Positions 42,823-52,054 of a stretch of 64,000 nt of DNA are shown here, piece after piece. The position numbers were made by a program, and so were the translations under genes. This DNA comes from Candidatus Dormiibacterota bacterium (GTDB lineage: Bacteria > Chloroflexota > Dormibacteria > Aeolococcales > Aeolococcaceae). The stretch lies in assembly GCA_963777445.1 (NCBI GenBank), contig CAVZQR010000008.1, positions 4,626 through 68,625 on the forward strand. Reading direction: 5' to 3'. The notes beneath the pieces are model-generated. The model did not search any database, was not told the origin of the DNA, and worked only from the letters and a program-made list of their open reading frames with translations. Position 1 is the stretch's first letter, and each line of letters begins with the position of its first letter.

Positions 42823-44103
42823 TCAGGTGGTCCCCGATTCCCAGGAAGCCAGGTATTTCTGCTGCTCTTCGGTGAGCGTGTCGATGCTCACACCCATCGC
42901 CTCCAGCTTGAGTCGCGCGACCTCACGATCGATCTCCTGGGGGACGTCGTGGACGGCGAGCGCAAGCTCCTTGTGGTGCTTGGCGATGTGCTCGGCGCAC
43001 AACGCCTGGTTGGCGAAGCTCATGTCCATGACCGCCGCCGGGTGCCCCTCGGCCGCCGCGAGGTTGAGCAGCCGTCCCTCGGCGAGGACGTGAACGGTGC
43101 GTCCATCGCGCAGCCTGTGGGACTGCACGAACGTGCGCGGCGCGGTGACCTCGACCGACATTTCGTCGATGGCCGCGAGGTTGATCTCGTCGTTGAAGTG
43201 GCCGCTGTTGGCGATGATAGCGCCGTCCTTGAAGCGCTCGATGGCGCCGCGGTCGATCACGTTGATGTCGCCCGTGACGGTGATCACGATGTCGGCGTCC
43301 GGCGCCGCATCGGCGAGCGGCATCACGCGGTAGCCGTCCATCACCGCCTCGAGCGCCCGGGTCGGGTCGACCTCGGTGACGATCACGTGCGCGCCCAGTC
43401 CCGTCGCACGGCTCGCGAGACCACGTCCGCACCAACCGTAGCCGCAGACAACCATCGTCTTTCCGGCGAGCAGGACGTTGGTGGCCCTGATCAACCCGTC
43501 GATGGTGCTCTGCCCGGTGCCGTACCGGTTGTCGAAGAGATGCTTGGTGAGCGCCTCGTTGACGGCGATGATCGGGAAGCGCAGCGCGCCGTCGCGCGCC
43601 ATGGCGCGAAGCCTGATGACTCCGGTCGTGGTCTCCTCGGTCCCTGCGATGACGTGCTCGAGCAGCTCGCGCCGTCCCTTGTGCAGCTCGGCGACGAGAT
43701 CGGCGCCGTCATCCATCGTCACCTGCGGTTGGGCGTCGAGCACCGCCTGGATGTGCGCGTAATACCGAGCCGAGTCCTCGCCCTTGACGGCAAAGGTGGG
43801 GATTCCGTGCTGGCGCGCGAGCGCCGCCGCAACAGCGTCCTGCGTGGAGAGCGGATTGCTCGCGCAGAGGCTGACGTGCGCCCCGCCCGCCTTCAGCGTG
43901 ATCGCAAGGTTGGCGGTCTCGCTGGTGACATGCAGGCACGCGCCGAGACGCAGACCTTCGAGTGGACGCTCACGCGCGAATCGCTCACGGATGATGCGGA
44001 GCACCGGCATCTCGCGCGCCGCCCAATCGATGAGGCGCTGCCCCTCGCCGGCCAGGCTCGGGTCGGCGACGTCGGACTCAGCCACTTTCAACGCGTTGGT
44101 CAC
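42823..44103 (-). CDS. ahcY: adenosylhomocysteinase (S-adenosyl-L-homocysteine hydrolase)
   Basis: The ORF is 426 aa with a SAHH NAD-binding motif ([16 protein letters not shown]) and conserved catalytic regions. Confidence 0.9.
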   Translation of the reverse strand: MTNALKVAESDVADPSLAGEGQRLIDWAAREMPVLRIIRERFARERPLEGLRLGACLHVTSETANLAITLKAGGAHVSLCASNPLSTQDAVAAALARQHGIPTFAVKGEDSARYYAHIQAVLDAQPQVTMDDGADLVAELHKGRRELLEHVIAGTEETTTGVIRLRAMARDGALRFPIIAVNEALTKHLFDNRYGTGQSTIDGLIRATNVLLAGKTMVVCGYGWCGRGLASRATGLGAHVIVTEVDPTRALEAVMDGYRVMPLADAAPDADIVITVTGDINVIDRGAIERFKDGAIIANSGHFNDEINLAAIDEMSVEVTAPRTFVQSHRLRDGRTVHVLAEGRLLNLAAAEGHPAAVMDMSFANQALCAEHIAKHHKELALAVHDVPQEIDREVARLKLEAMGVSIDTLTEEQQKYLASWESGTT

Positions 44104-44636
44104 GCGGTTCCTCCATCTGTCTTCATACGCAACAGCGCCGTATACGGGCGCCCGCTGAGCGCGGCCGATCCCCCGAGTGCGCTCAACTCAATCAAAAACG
44201 CAAACCCAACAATATCTCCACCCAGCCGATCGACGAGGGCAGCGGCCGCACCGGCGGTGCCCCCCGTGGCAAGCAGGTCATCGACGATCAGCACGCGCTC
44301 TCCCGGTTTGATCGCGTCGGCGTGCATCTCCACGACCGCCTCGCCGTACTCGAGCGAGTACGACTGCGAGATCCGCGTCGAGGGCAGCCGGCCCTCCTTG
44401 CGGACCAGCGCGAACCCCGCACCGAGGCGATCGGCCACGGCGCCGCCGAGGATGAATCCCCGCGATTCGATTCCCGCGACGATTTCCACGCCGGCGTCGC
44501 GATAGGGCTCGGCAATGGCTGACACGGCTGCGGTGAATGCGCTCCGATCGCCGAGCAACAGCGTGATGTCCTTGAAGACGATCCCGGGCCGGGGGAAGTC
44601 CGGCACATCGCGGATCAGTGAGCGCAGCCGTTCCAT
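44100..44636 (-). CDS. apt: adenine phosphoribosyltransferase
   Basis: The ORF has the [11 protein letters not shown] motif and a PRPP-binding motif ([13 protein letters not shown]). Its stop overlaps the ahcY start in an ATGA arrangement. Confidence 0.85.
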   Translation of the reverse strand: MERLRSLIRDVPDFPRPGIVFKDITLLLGDRSAFTAAVSAIAEPYRDAGVEIVAGIESRGFILGGAVADRLGAGFALVRKEGRLPSTRISQSYSLEYGEAVVEMHADAIKPGERVLIVDDLLATGGTAGAAAALVDRLGGDIVGFAFLIELSALGGSAALSGRPYTALLRMKTDGGTA

Positions 44637-44718
44637 CACGTCCCGCTCTTGAATCGTCACCAGAGCCAGTCTATCCGACAAACTCTGTGACCGTGCCCTC
44701 CCCAGCGAGCCCTCCGAC

Positions 44719-45837
44719 ATGAGGGTGGTCATGGACGGGCGGCCGCTCCAGGGAGCCTCCTCGGTGCGGGGGATCGGCAGCTACGAGCGCGGCCTGCTGG
44801 CAGGGTTTCGCGAGCTCCCGGAGCCGCCGAGGGTCACCCTGCTGCTCTCAGCGCACCGCGAGCCGCCGGCCGAGGTCACGAGCTCGCGCCTGCCGTCGGC
44901 ACGCCGGATCCGTGTCGTCCATCCAACCCTGCAGCCGATCGCCGACACCCTGTTCGTGGCCAACGCGCTACGAGGTCTGCGAGCCGACCTCTACCACGCT
45001 ATCGAGTTCGGGCAGCCGTGGCGCACCCGGCTTCCGGTGGTGGTCACGGTCCACGACCTGATTCCCTTCGTGATGCCGCGTGACTATCCGTGGGTGCGCA
45101 GGGCTCGGGTCCTGGGGCTCAACCTCGTCCGCCGGGCGGATGCGGTGATCGCCGTCTCCCAGGCGACCCGCCGCGACATCCTGCAGTTCACGAAAACGGA
45201 CCCGGCCCGGATCACGGTGATCCCGGAAGGAATCTCGCCGGTGTTCCAACCGGCTTCTACCGATGCCATCGACCGCCTCCGGGAGAAGTTGCGGCTCGAC
45301 CGCCCGTTCCTGCTCACTGTCGGAACCTTCGATCCGCGTAAGCGAGTCGCCCTGCTCGCCGATGTCGTCCGGCGCGTTCGTGAGGACCACGACGTCGTGC
45401 TCGTCATTGCGGGCGATCAGGGCACCTTCACCGCAACGGTGACCGGCGAACTGGCGCGCGCCGGCCTGGCCGATCACAGCCGCGTGATCGGTCACGTCAC
45501 CACTGACGATCTGATCGCCCTGTACACGGCCGCCGCGGCATTCGCCTTCACGTCCGCATACGAGGGATTCGGGTTGCCCCCGCTGGAGGCGATGGCGTGC
45601 GGCACACCGGCGGTCGTGTTCGACAACTCCTCACTCCCCGAGGTGAGCGGCGATGCCGCGGCCGTGGTCCCGGACGGCGATGCGGCTGCGATGGCCGCGG
45701 CCATCAACCACATCCTCGACGACGCATCCGAGCGCGAGCTGCGCCGGCTCGCGGGGCACGCCTGGGCCGCAACCTTCACCTGGCGACGCGCCGCGGAGTT
45801 GACCTACGAGACCTACCGAGGGGTGCTCGGTCGCTGA
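44719..45837 (+). CDS. glycosyltransferase family 4 (GT-B, retaining)
   Basis: The C-terminal motif region reads EGFGLPPLEAMACGTPAV, with the E-X7-E pattern of GT4 enzymes. Confidence 0.8.
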   Translation: MRVVMDGRPLQGASSVRGIGSYERGLLAGFRELPEPPRVTLLLSAHREPPAEVTSSRLPSARRIRVVHPTLQPIADTLFVANALRGLRADLYHAIEFGQPWRTRLPVVVTVHDLIPFVMPRDYPWVRRARVLGLNLVRRADAVIAVSQATRRDILQFTKTDPARITVIPEGISPVFQPASTDAIDRLREKLRLDRPFLLTVGTFDPRKRVALLADVVRRVREDHDVVLVIAGDQGTFTATVTGELARAGLADHSRVIGHVTTDDLIALYTAAAAFAFTSAYEGFGLPPLEAMACGTPAVVFDNSSLPEVSGDAAAVVPDGDAAAMAAAINHILDDASERELRRLAGHAWAATFTWRRAAELTYETYRGVLGR

Positions 45838-45849
45838 TCGCGCGCGGCG

Positions 45850-47388
45850 CTATTCCTTCTCGGTCACGTGATATTCGAGGTATGCGCCGAACATCAACCG
45901 GGTCTGCGCCTCGAGCGCTGGGATGACGCTGAGTGCAAGTCCGACGACGGGGTACGTGAACAGCTGCAACTCCGCCCAACGTCTGCGCCACCACGGCCAG
46001 TGCTTCGGTTTGGGACAGATGCGGTAATCAACCTGCACGAGCAGGAGCGTGTTCAGCAGCGTGATCGTGAGAATGCTCGCGCTGAGACTGCCGAGGAAGG
46101 CGGACGTCGATGAGAGGCTGTAATCGAGGTCGATGAAAGCCGGCAGCGCACCCCCGAAGAACAGGAGCAGCGGTAGCGTGGCCCACGTCAGGTGGTTGAA
46201 GATGAGGTTTGAATATCGCCGGGCACGCATGCGCCACGGGATCTCCGGATGACTCAGCATTCGTGAGGTGACATAAGGGATATCCGTTGCCCCCCACGCC
46301 CATCGCTTGATCTGGTTGTACTGCGAAGCGTGCGTCGCCGCGTATCCCCGTGCGCGCGGTGCGTCGCCGTACACGGGCAGGAACGCGGGCCGCGTATTCA
46401 GCTTGCCACCGCAATGGAAGAAGGCCTTCCAGAAGAATCGCGAGTCCTCGGGGATCACATCCGAGTCCCAGTACCCGACAGCGGTCAGCAGGTCGAGCGA
46501 CATCGTGTACGAGGAGAACATGACCAGACGGTGCGGGTTCTGGTGCAGGAACATCTGCCACTGGGTCGCCGCGGTCGCCATCACCCGCACCGCGGTGGGC
46601 ACCCGCCAGATGTTGTTGAGAAACACCGGAACCGGTTGCCAGATCGAGACGAGGCGGTCCTCGACCATGCAGAACTGCAGCGTGATGTAGGCGAAGTACT
46701 GTGGGTGCAGGCGGAAGTCGGAATCGAGATCGGTCACCATCGTTCGTGCCGGGTCGAGCCCCAGCTCATCACAGGCAGCCCGCAGCACCGGTCCGCCGTA
46801 GGCCATGGCCGCTGATTTGCCCACGACGATCCCCGGCAGCAGCGGGTCCTTGATGTGCAGGAACAGTCGAAACGACCCTTCGAACTCCGCTCGAAGTCTG
46901 GCAACGTTCTCGATGCCGCCCATGTCGGTTTCGCGGGTGATGATCGCGCACACCCGGAGATGCGCCGGGTAGTTCTGCGCCGCGAGCGCCGCCACCGTGG
47001 CGTGGAGCACGTCATACGATTCGGTGTACGTCGGGATGAGGGCGCACTGCACCACCTCGGACGGCGCGGGGGCACCCTCGGGCCGTGTCGCCTCGAACTC
47101 CTGGCAGCGCAGCCACCAGTCGATCGCCTCCGACGCCTTGAGCGCCTTCAGCGTCTTGCGAACGCCTCGAACCGTGACTGTGGTCCTGACCAGCCAGTAG
47201 GCATCGAGCAGAACCGCGCCGAGGCCAAGGATCCACAGCATCCCCGGGTCATTGAGCCTGATCGCGAACGCGGTGACCACCGGGACGAGAAGAGCGAACC
47301 ACGTGAGGGCGCCCGGGAGGATTTCAAGGAGCCGCTGCTGGGTATGTTGCGACAGCGGGATCGCTCTGGATCGCGCGATCATCTGCAT
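45850..47388 (-). CDS. membrane-embedded processive glycosyltransferase family 2 synthase (cellulose/chitin-synthase-like)
   Basis: The ORF has D, D and DSD motifs and QYNQIKRWAWG (the QxxRW motif). TM helices flank the catalytic domain. The ORF is 512 aa. Confidence 0.75.
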   Translation of the reverse strand: MQMIARSRAIPLSQHTQQRLLEILPGALTWFALLVPVVTAFAIRLNDPGMLWILGLGAVLLDAYWLVRTTVTVRGVRKTLKALKASEAIDWWLRCQEFEATRPEGAPAPSEVVQCALIPTYTESYDVLHATVAALAAQNYPAHLRVCAIITRETDMGGIENVARLRAEFEGSFRLFLHIKDPLLPGIVVGKSAAMAYGGPVLRAACDELGLDPARTMVTDLDSDFRLHPQYFAYITLQFCMVEDRLVSIWQPVPVFLNNIWRVPTAVRVMATAATQWQMFLHQNPHRLVMFSSYTMSLDLLTAVGYWDSDVIPEDSRFFWKAFFHCGGKLNTRPAFLPVYGDAPRARGYAATHASQYNQIKRWAWGATDIPYVTSRMLSHPEIPWRMRARRYSNLIFNHLTWATLPLLLFFGGALPAFIDLDYSLSSTSAFLGSLSASILTITLLNTLLLVQVDYRICPKPKHWPWWRRRWAELQLFTYPVVGLALSVIPALEAQTRLMFGAYLEYHVTEKE

Positions 47389-47421
47389 CCCAGTCTACCG
47401 ATCCGTCACATACGAGCCTGA

Positions 47422-48668
47422 ATGCCCCAAGAACCAACCGACCCCACCGTCGACGCCGATCAGGAAGAACCAGAGACCCCGGTCGCCGAGGTGCTCGGGG
47501 CTGACGCCGTCGACCTCGACGACACCGACGAGATCGAAATCGAGATCGGAGTCGTCGTCGAGGTGGACGATGATGACGACGAGGATGAGGAGGAAGAGGA
47601 GATCGTGGTGGTGGCGGCGCCCGTGGTCGTCGCACCCGCACCGCGCCCCTCGCCCACTCCCGGAAGGCCGCCCGGCGCGCGCGAGGAGCCACCGCCACCC
47701 TTCGGGGTCGGCGAGCACGTGATCCTCACCTCGAACACCCGTCCCCGCACCGGTACCTCGATCGGGGACTACCCAGTGGGCTCGACGGGAACCGTCGAGA
47801 CGGTGTTGAGCCAGACGGCGATCGTTCGATTCGACAGGCACATGGAGACCAAGGAGGTGGTCGCCTTCACGTGTCTGGAGACGGCGGAGACACCGGAGCG
47901 CCATGCCGAGCTGACTCAGCTGATGGTCGAACCGGTCCGGGTCGGTGACCGGGGGCCGAGGCCGCCGGCCAACGGAGCGGTCGCGCCGGTGGCGGTTGAA
48001 CCCGAGCCCGCCCCAGCCGCAGCTGTGACGCCGGCGCCCCCCAAGGCCGCGCCCCCCAAGGCCAGCGCCACCCAAGGTCTCGCCGGCGCCCGCCGGTCGT
48101 GCCGCGCCAGGTGCCGTCGCGACCCTCGCGCCACCGCGTCCGGCCGTCAAGCCCGCCCCGCCCAAAGCCGTCCGGGCGACACCCCCGGCCACCGCGGCGG
48201 CGCCGATGAAGACACGGCCTGCGGCGAAGACGGCTCCGGCCCCCAAGGCCTAGGCCGGTTGCGAAGAGCGCAGCGGCTGCCAGGACAGCCCCGGTGGCCA
48301 GGGCGAAGGCCGCCGCCAAACCAAAAGCGAAGCCGGCGGTCAAGGCCAAGCCGGCTGCGGCTCCCAAGCCCGCCGCCAAGGTGAAGCCTCCGAGCGCCGT
48401 TAAACCAAAACCGGCCGCCAGGAGCGCGGCCGCGAGGAGCACCGCGAACACCAAGGCCCCGACGCGGCCCGCACCGACCCGGCCTGCAACCAAGTCCAGC
48501 GCCAAGCCGGTGGCGAAGCCCGTGGCGAAGTCGAAGCCGCCCGCACCGAAGAAGACGGCCTCCAAGGCTGCACCGGCCAAATCCAGTCGGCCCGCGGCTG
48601 CCAAGCGGCCCTCGGCCGGGACGGCGAAATCGGCCCGCGCCAAGCCCTCGAGCCGCCGAGGACGCTGA
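47422..48668 (+). CDS. hypothetical protein with acidic N-terminus and Lys/Ala/Pro-rich basic tail (reading hops frames at C-runs)
   Basis: Frame 1 gives a D/E-rich N-terminus and a conserved core. The KAP-rich tail continues in frame 2 from about 48060 and in frame 3 from about 48255. The second frame break is at a C5 run (48240..48244) and the first lies in a stretch of C-rich repeats (ccccccaagg, cacccaagg). Confidence 0.4.
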
Positions 48669-48682
48669 CCGGTTCCTCCCGG

Positions 48683-49450
48683 CTAACTCACCTGCGCCGG
48701 GAGCGCCTCAGGCGCCGGCATGGAGGCGTAGACGCCGCGGTAGTTGGTGGGGAGGAGCTCGGCAATCCGCGCTCCGATCAGGTCGGCGACCACCTGGTCG
48801 TCACGCCGCTCGCCCGGCAGCCGCTCCGGCAACTGGAAGGCGGCGCCGATCTTGAGCCGGATGGGGACGCGCTTGGGGAACTTGCGACCCCGGGGAAGCG
48901 CCGCCTCCGAGCCCCAGACACCCACGGGCAGGATCGAGGCGCCCGAACGGCGCGCGAGGAATCCGACCCCCGCCTCGGCCCGCCGCATGCCCGGTGTGGC
49001 GGAGCGGGTGCCCTCCAGGAAGATGAGCAGGCGACCCCGGCGCGCAAGCACGTCCAGGGCAGTCCGCAGAGCGCGGCGATCGGCTGTGCCACGGTCGATC
49101 GGGAAGCAGTTGCAGCCGGCAAGGATCCAGGCCACGACCGGGTTGTTGAACAGCTCGCGCTTCGACATGCAGTAGAGGATCCCCGGCCCGAAGCCGCCGA
49201 AGATCCACGGGTCGATGTTGCTCAGGTGGTTGCACACGACCAGCAGAGGCCCCTCGGCGGGGAAGGACGACATCGGGTCGAGCTTCAGCCCACGACCGAA
49301 GAAACCTCGGAGCGACGCTCTGCAGATGAGCGAGACCACCTTGTAGCGCCAGCTCCGGACGCCGTCGTCTCGGACGGGGAACCGCTCGGGGAATCCGGGA
49401 ATCTCATCAGTCACAGGTGCCGATGGTAGGGCGTGCCGCATAGGCGGCAA
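48683..49450 (-). CDS. plsC: 1-acyl-sn-glycerol-3-phosphate acyltransferase
   Basis: The ORF has the HxxxxD acyltransferase motif (NHLSNID) and FLEGTRS. Confidence 0.8.
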   Translation of the reverse strand: MPPMRHALPSAPVTDEIPGFPERFPVRDDGVRSWRYKVVSLICRASLRGFFGRGLKLDPMSSFPAEGPLLVVCNHLSNIDPWIFGGFGPGILYCMSKRELFNNPVVAWILAGCNCFPIDRGTADRRALRTALDVLARRGRLLIFLEGTRSATPGMRRAEAGVGFLARRSGASILPVGVWGSEAALPRGRKFPKRVPIRLKIGAAFQLPERLPGERRDDQVVADLIGARIAELLPTNYRGVYASMPAPEALPAQVS

Positions 49451-49466
49451 TACAATCCTGGGTCCC

Positions 49467-49540
49467 GCCCCCTTAGCTCATCGGTAGAGCAGCCGGCTTT
49501 TAACCGGTTGAGGGAGGTTCGATTCCTCCAGGGGGCACCA
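49467..49540 (+). tRNA. tRNA-Lys (anticodon UUU)
   Basis: A cloverleaf can be folded by hand. The acceptor stem is GCCCCCU/AGGGGGC, the D stem is GCUC/GAGC, and the anticodon stem GCCGG/CCGGU carries the loop CUUUUAA. The T arm is GGAGG-UUCGAUU-CCUCC. The discriminator is A and the 3' CCA is encoded. Confidence 0.85.
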
Positions 49541-50783
49541 GATCAACACTCAGTTGCAACTCCGCCTGCCGGAGCGCGGCCTCGACCTCGGCAGGCGCCT
49601 CGCCCTGCGCAAAGATGAAGCCCAGATAGCGATCACCCTCCGGAAGGGGGGTCAAGCGCTCCCCCGGAGGGACCGAGATGGTCACACCCGTGATTCCGGC
49701 GATCGACATTGCCCGATCGATGCCCTTCACGCCCCGGAGAATTCCGGGAGCACGCACCGGCAGCATGTACACGCCCGACGCCGAGTCGAAGAGATCGATG
49801 GCGCCCAATCGCAACCCGCACGCGCTGCGCAGGATCACGTTCTCCAGAGACCGGACCTCGTCGGGCGCATCAGCGCACACGAGGCGGATGACCTGCGAGC
49901 AGAGGCCCCCGATCGACCGCGCGGCAACTTCGATGACGACAGCCGCGCCGGCGCACATCCTCACCTCCGCATGGATCGGGCCGTGGCGCAGCCCGAGGGC
50001 TGACACAGCCTCGCTGACCGAGTCGATCGCAGCCTGCCGCGGGGCTGCATCGAGCCGTGACGGCGTGACGTAGATCGACTCCTCGAAGAAGGGACCGGTG
50101 AGCGGATCCGGCTTGTCGAATAAGGCAATCACCTCGAGTTGACCATCCCGCACGAGCCCCTCGACCGCGACCTCGGCGCCGTCCACATAGGTCTCGATGA
50201 TCAACGGCGGTATCGATCCATCGGCGCAGATGGCGCGCACGAGCCGGCCCACGCGTTGCACGGCGGCGTCGACGTCAGCACGGCTGCCGGCACGGATCAC
50301 GCCGCGGCTGGCTGCCAGGTCAACCGGCTTGACAACGCACGGCAGGCCCACGACACCGACGGCCGCGTCGAGCGTGCGTGCATCGGCGTCGACGTCGATC
50401 TCCGCGACGCGCGGCTGCGCCAGTCCTGCCGCGGTGAGGCGCCTGCGCAATAAGCGTTTGTCACGCGTCGCCTCGACAGCCGAGACGGGATTGTGCAGCG
50501 TGATGCCCAATCGCTCTGCGATGTTCGCCGCGGTGACCACCGAGGCCTCGTCGACGCCGACGACTGCATCGACCGGCCAGCGAGCACTGAATTCCATTGC
50601 GCGGTCGGCGGACTCGCCGGGTCGCTGCAGATCCAGCGTGAGCACGCGACCCTCCATCAGCGCCGCCAACGTCGGCGCCTCATTCGAGGCGACGACGACC
50701 TCGAGGTCGAGATCGGCCGCGGCGCGGAGAAACGCTGTGGCGCGGTACGTCGCGGTGGGCAGGACGAGCATCACCCTGGGCAT
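49500..50783 (-). CDS. ATP-grasp domain protein (carboxylate-amine ligase-like)
   Basis: The central region resembles ATP-grasp folds (GLPCVVKPVDLAASRGV ... ETYVDGAEVAVEG). The 3' end overlaps the tRNA-Lys gene on the opposite strand by 41 nt. The start may be the ATG at 50783 or the TTG at 50828. Confidence 0.6.
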   Translation of the reverse strand: MPRVMLVLPTATYRATAFLRAAADLDLEVVVASNEAPTLAALMEGRVLTLDLQRPGESADRAMEFSARWPVDAVVGVDEASVVTAANIAERLGITLHNPVSAVEATRDKRLLRRRLTAAGLAQPRVAEIDVDADARTLDAAVGVVGLPCVVKPVDLAASRGVIRAGSRADVDAAVQRVGRLVRAICADGSIPPLIIETYVDGAEVAVEGLVRDGQLEVIALFDKPDPLTGPFFEESIYVTPSRLDAAPRQAAIDSVSEAVSALGLRHGPIHAEVRMCAGAAVVIEVAARSIGGLCSQVIRLVCADAPDEVRSLENVILRSACGLRLGAIDLFDSASGVYMLPVRAPGILRGVKGIDRAMSIAGITGVTISVPPGERLTPLPEGDRYLGFIFAQGEAPAEVEAALRQAELQLSVDLVPPGGIEPPSTG

Positions 50784-50821
50784 CCGGGTCAGCCTACGCT
50801 CGCGATTCGGACCGACGTACC

Positions 50822-51418
50822 ATGACAAACGGCATGAAGGAACCCCGCATCGAAATCACCGACTTCGCGTTGACCCGCATCGAGCAGGTGCGTGCCAACC
50901 GCAAGCAGCCCGATGCGGGCGTCCGCATCGCCATCACGGGCAGGCAGGATGGGGCGTTCAGCTACGACCTCTCGCTGGTGAATCCGGGGGAAGAGCGCGA
51001 TGGTGATCTGGTGGTGACCGGACCCCACGGCGTGCGTTTCACGATGCCGCTGGCGTCTGCGCCCTACCTCGACGGCATCACTGTCGATGCGGACCGGATG
51101 CGCGGCGCCCTGACCGTCGACAACCCGAACCCGCTCTGGCTGGACGATCTTGCACGCGACGTCCAGCGCCTCCTCGACGACGAGATCAATCCGTCGGTCG
51201 CTTCCCACGGCGGGCACATCGATCTGCTCGATGTGAGCGAAGGGGTCGCGTTCATCCACATGGGTGGCGGCTGCCAGGGCTGCGGCATGGCGGAGGTGAC
51301 CCTCGGTCAGGGGGTTCGTGTCGCGATCCTCGAGCGCTTCCCGCAGATCACCGACGTCCGCGACACCACGGACCACGCGCAGGGCGCCAATCCCTACTAC
51401 CAGGCCGCCAAGAAATAG
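50822..51418 (+). CDS. Fe-S cluster biogenesis protein, NfuA-like (degenerate A-type N-domain plus Nfu domain)
   Basis: The C-terminal Nfu domain carries the CxxC motif (GGGCQGCGMAEVTL). Confidence 0.75.
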   Translation: MTNGMKEPRIEITDFALTRIEQVRANRKQPDAGVRIAITGRQDGAFSYDLSLVNPGEERDGDLVVTGPHGVRFTMPLASAPYLDGITVDADRMRGALTVDNPNPLWLDDLARDVQRLLDDEINPSVASHGGHIDLLDVSEGVAFIHMGGGCQGCGMAEVTLGQGVRVAILERFPQITDVRDTTDHAQGANPYYQAAKK

Positions 51419-51428
51419 ACCGCCCTGG

Positions 51429-51936
51429 CTAGGGCTGCTCCGGCACCGCCGCCGCTGTCGTCGGCAGGCCGGTGGCGAGCCAGTAGTCGATCCAGGTTTC
51501 CCGATTCGCGCCGGCGTGGTCGTAGACGGCCTGCGCGGCCACGTTGTCCACCGCGGTCTGCCAGGTCATGCGAATCGCTCCGTGGTCGCGGCAGCGCTCG
51601 AGGCAGGCGTCGATCAGCGCTGATCCGATACCGCGTCCCCGTGCCAAGGGGGCAACGAACAGGTCGTTCATGACACCGATCCGGCCGGATGTCGTCGTCT
51701 CCCAACTCCAGAAGAGGGTCGCGAATCCGACGTCCACACCAGCGTCGGTGGCGAGCAACTGCACCCCCTCGTGGGTCGGATCGGCCATGAGCGTGCGCGA
51801 CATGGCGAGCAGGGCTTCGTCGGTCGGTCCGACCCGGTAGAAGTCGCAATAGGCCCGCATCAGCGGCAGCAACCGCCGGACCTGCGCCTCGGTGGTGACC
51901 ATGCCAACCTCCACCCGAGCGTCTGGGGGCATTCCT
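51429..51936 (-). CDS. GNAT-family N-acetyltransferase
   Basis: The ORF has the acetyl-CoA binding motif (LARGRGIGSALI). Confidence 0.7.
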
Positions 51937-52054
51937 CGCCTCCTTGGTTGTTCGCAGATCAGCCGGCCGATCTGCCGTCTTTTTAGCGGCCAGAGGTCAT
52001 TGTCGTTCCACGGTCGCAACCGGAATTCAACACGAGATCGGCAAAGCTGCTCCG

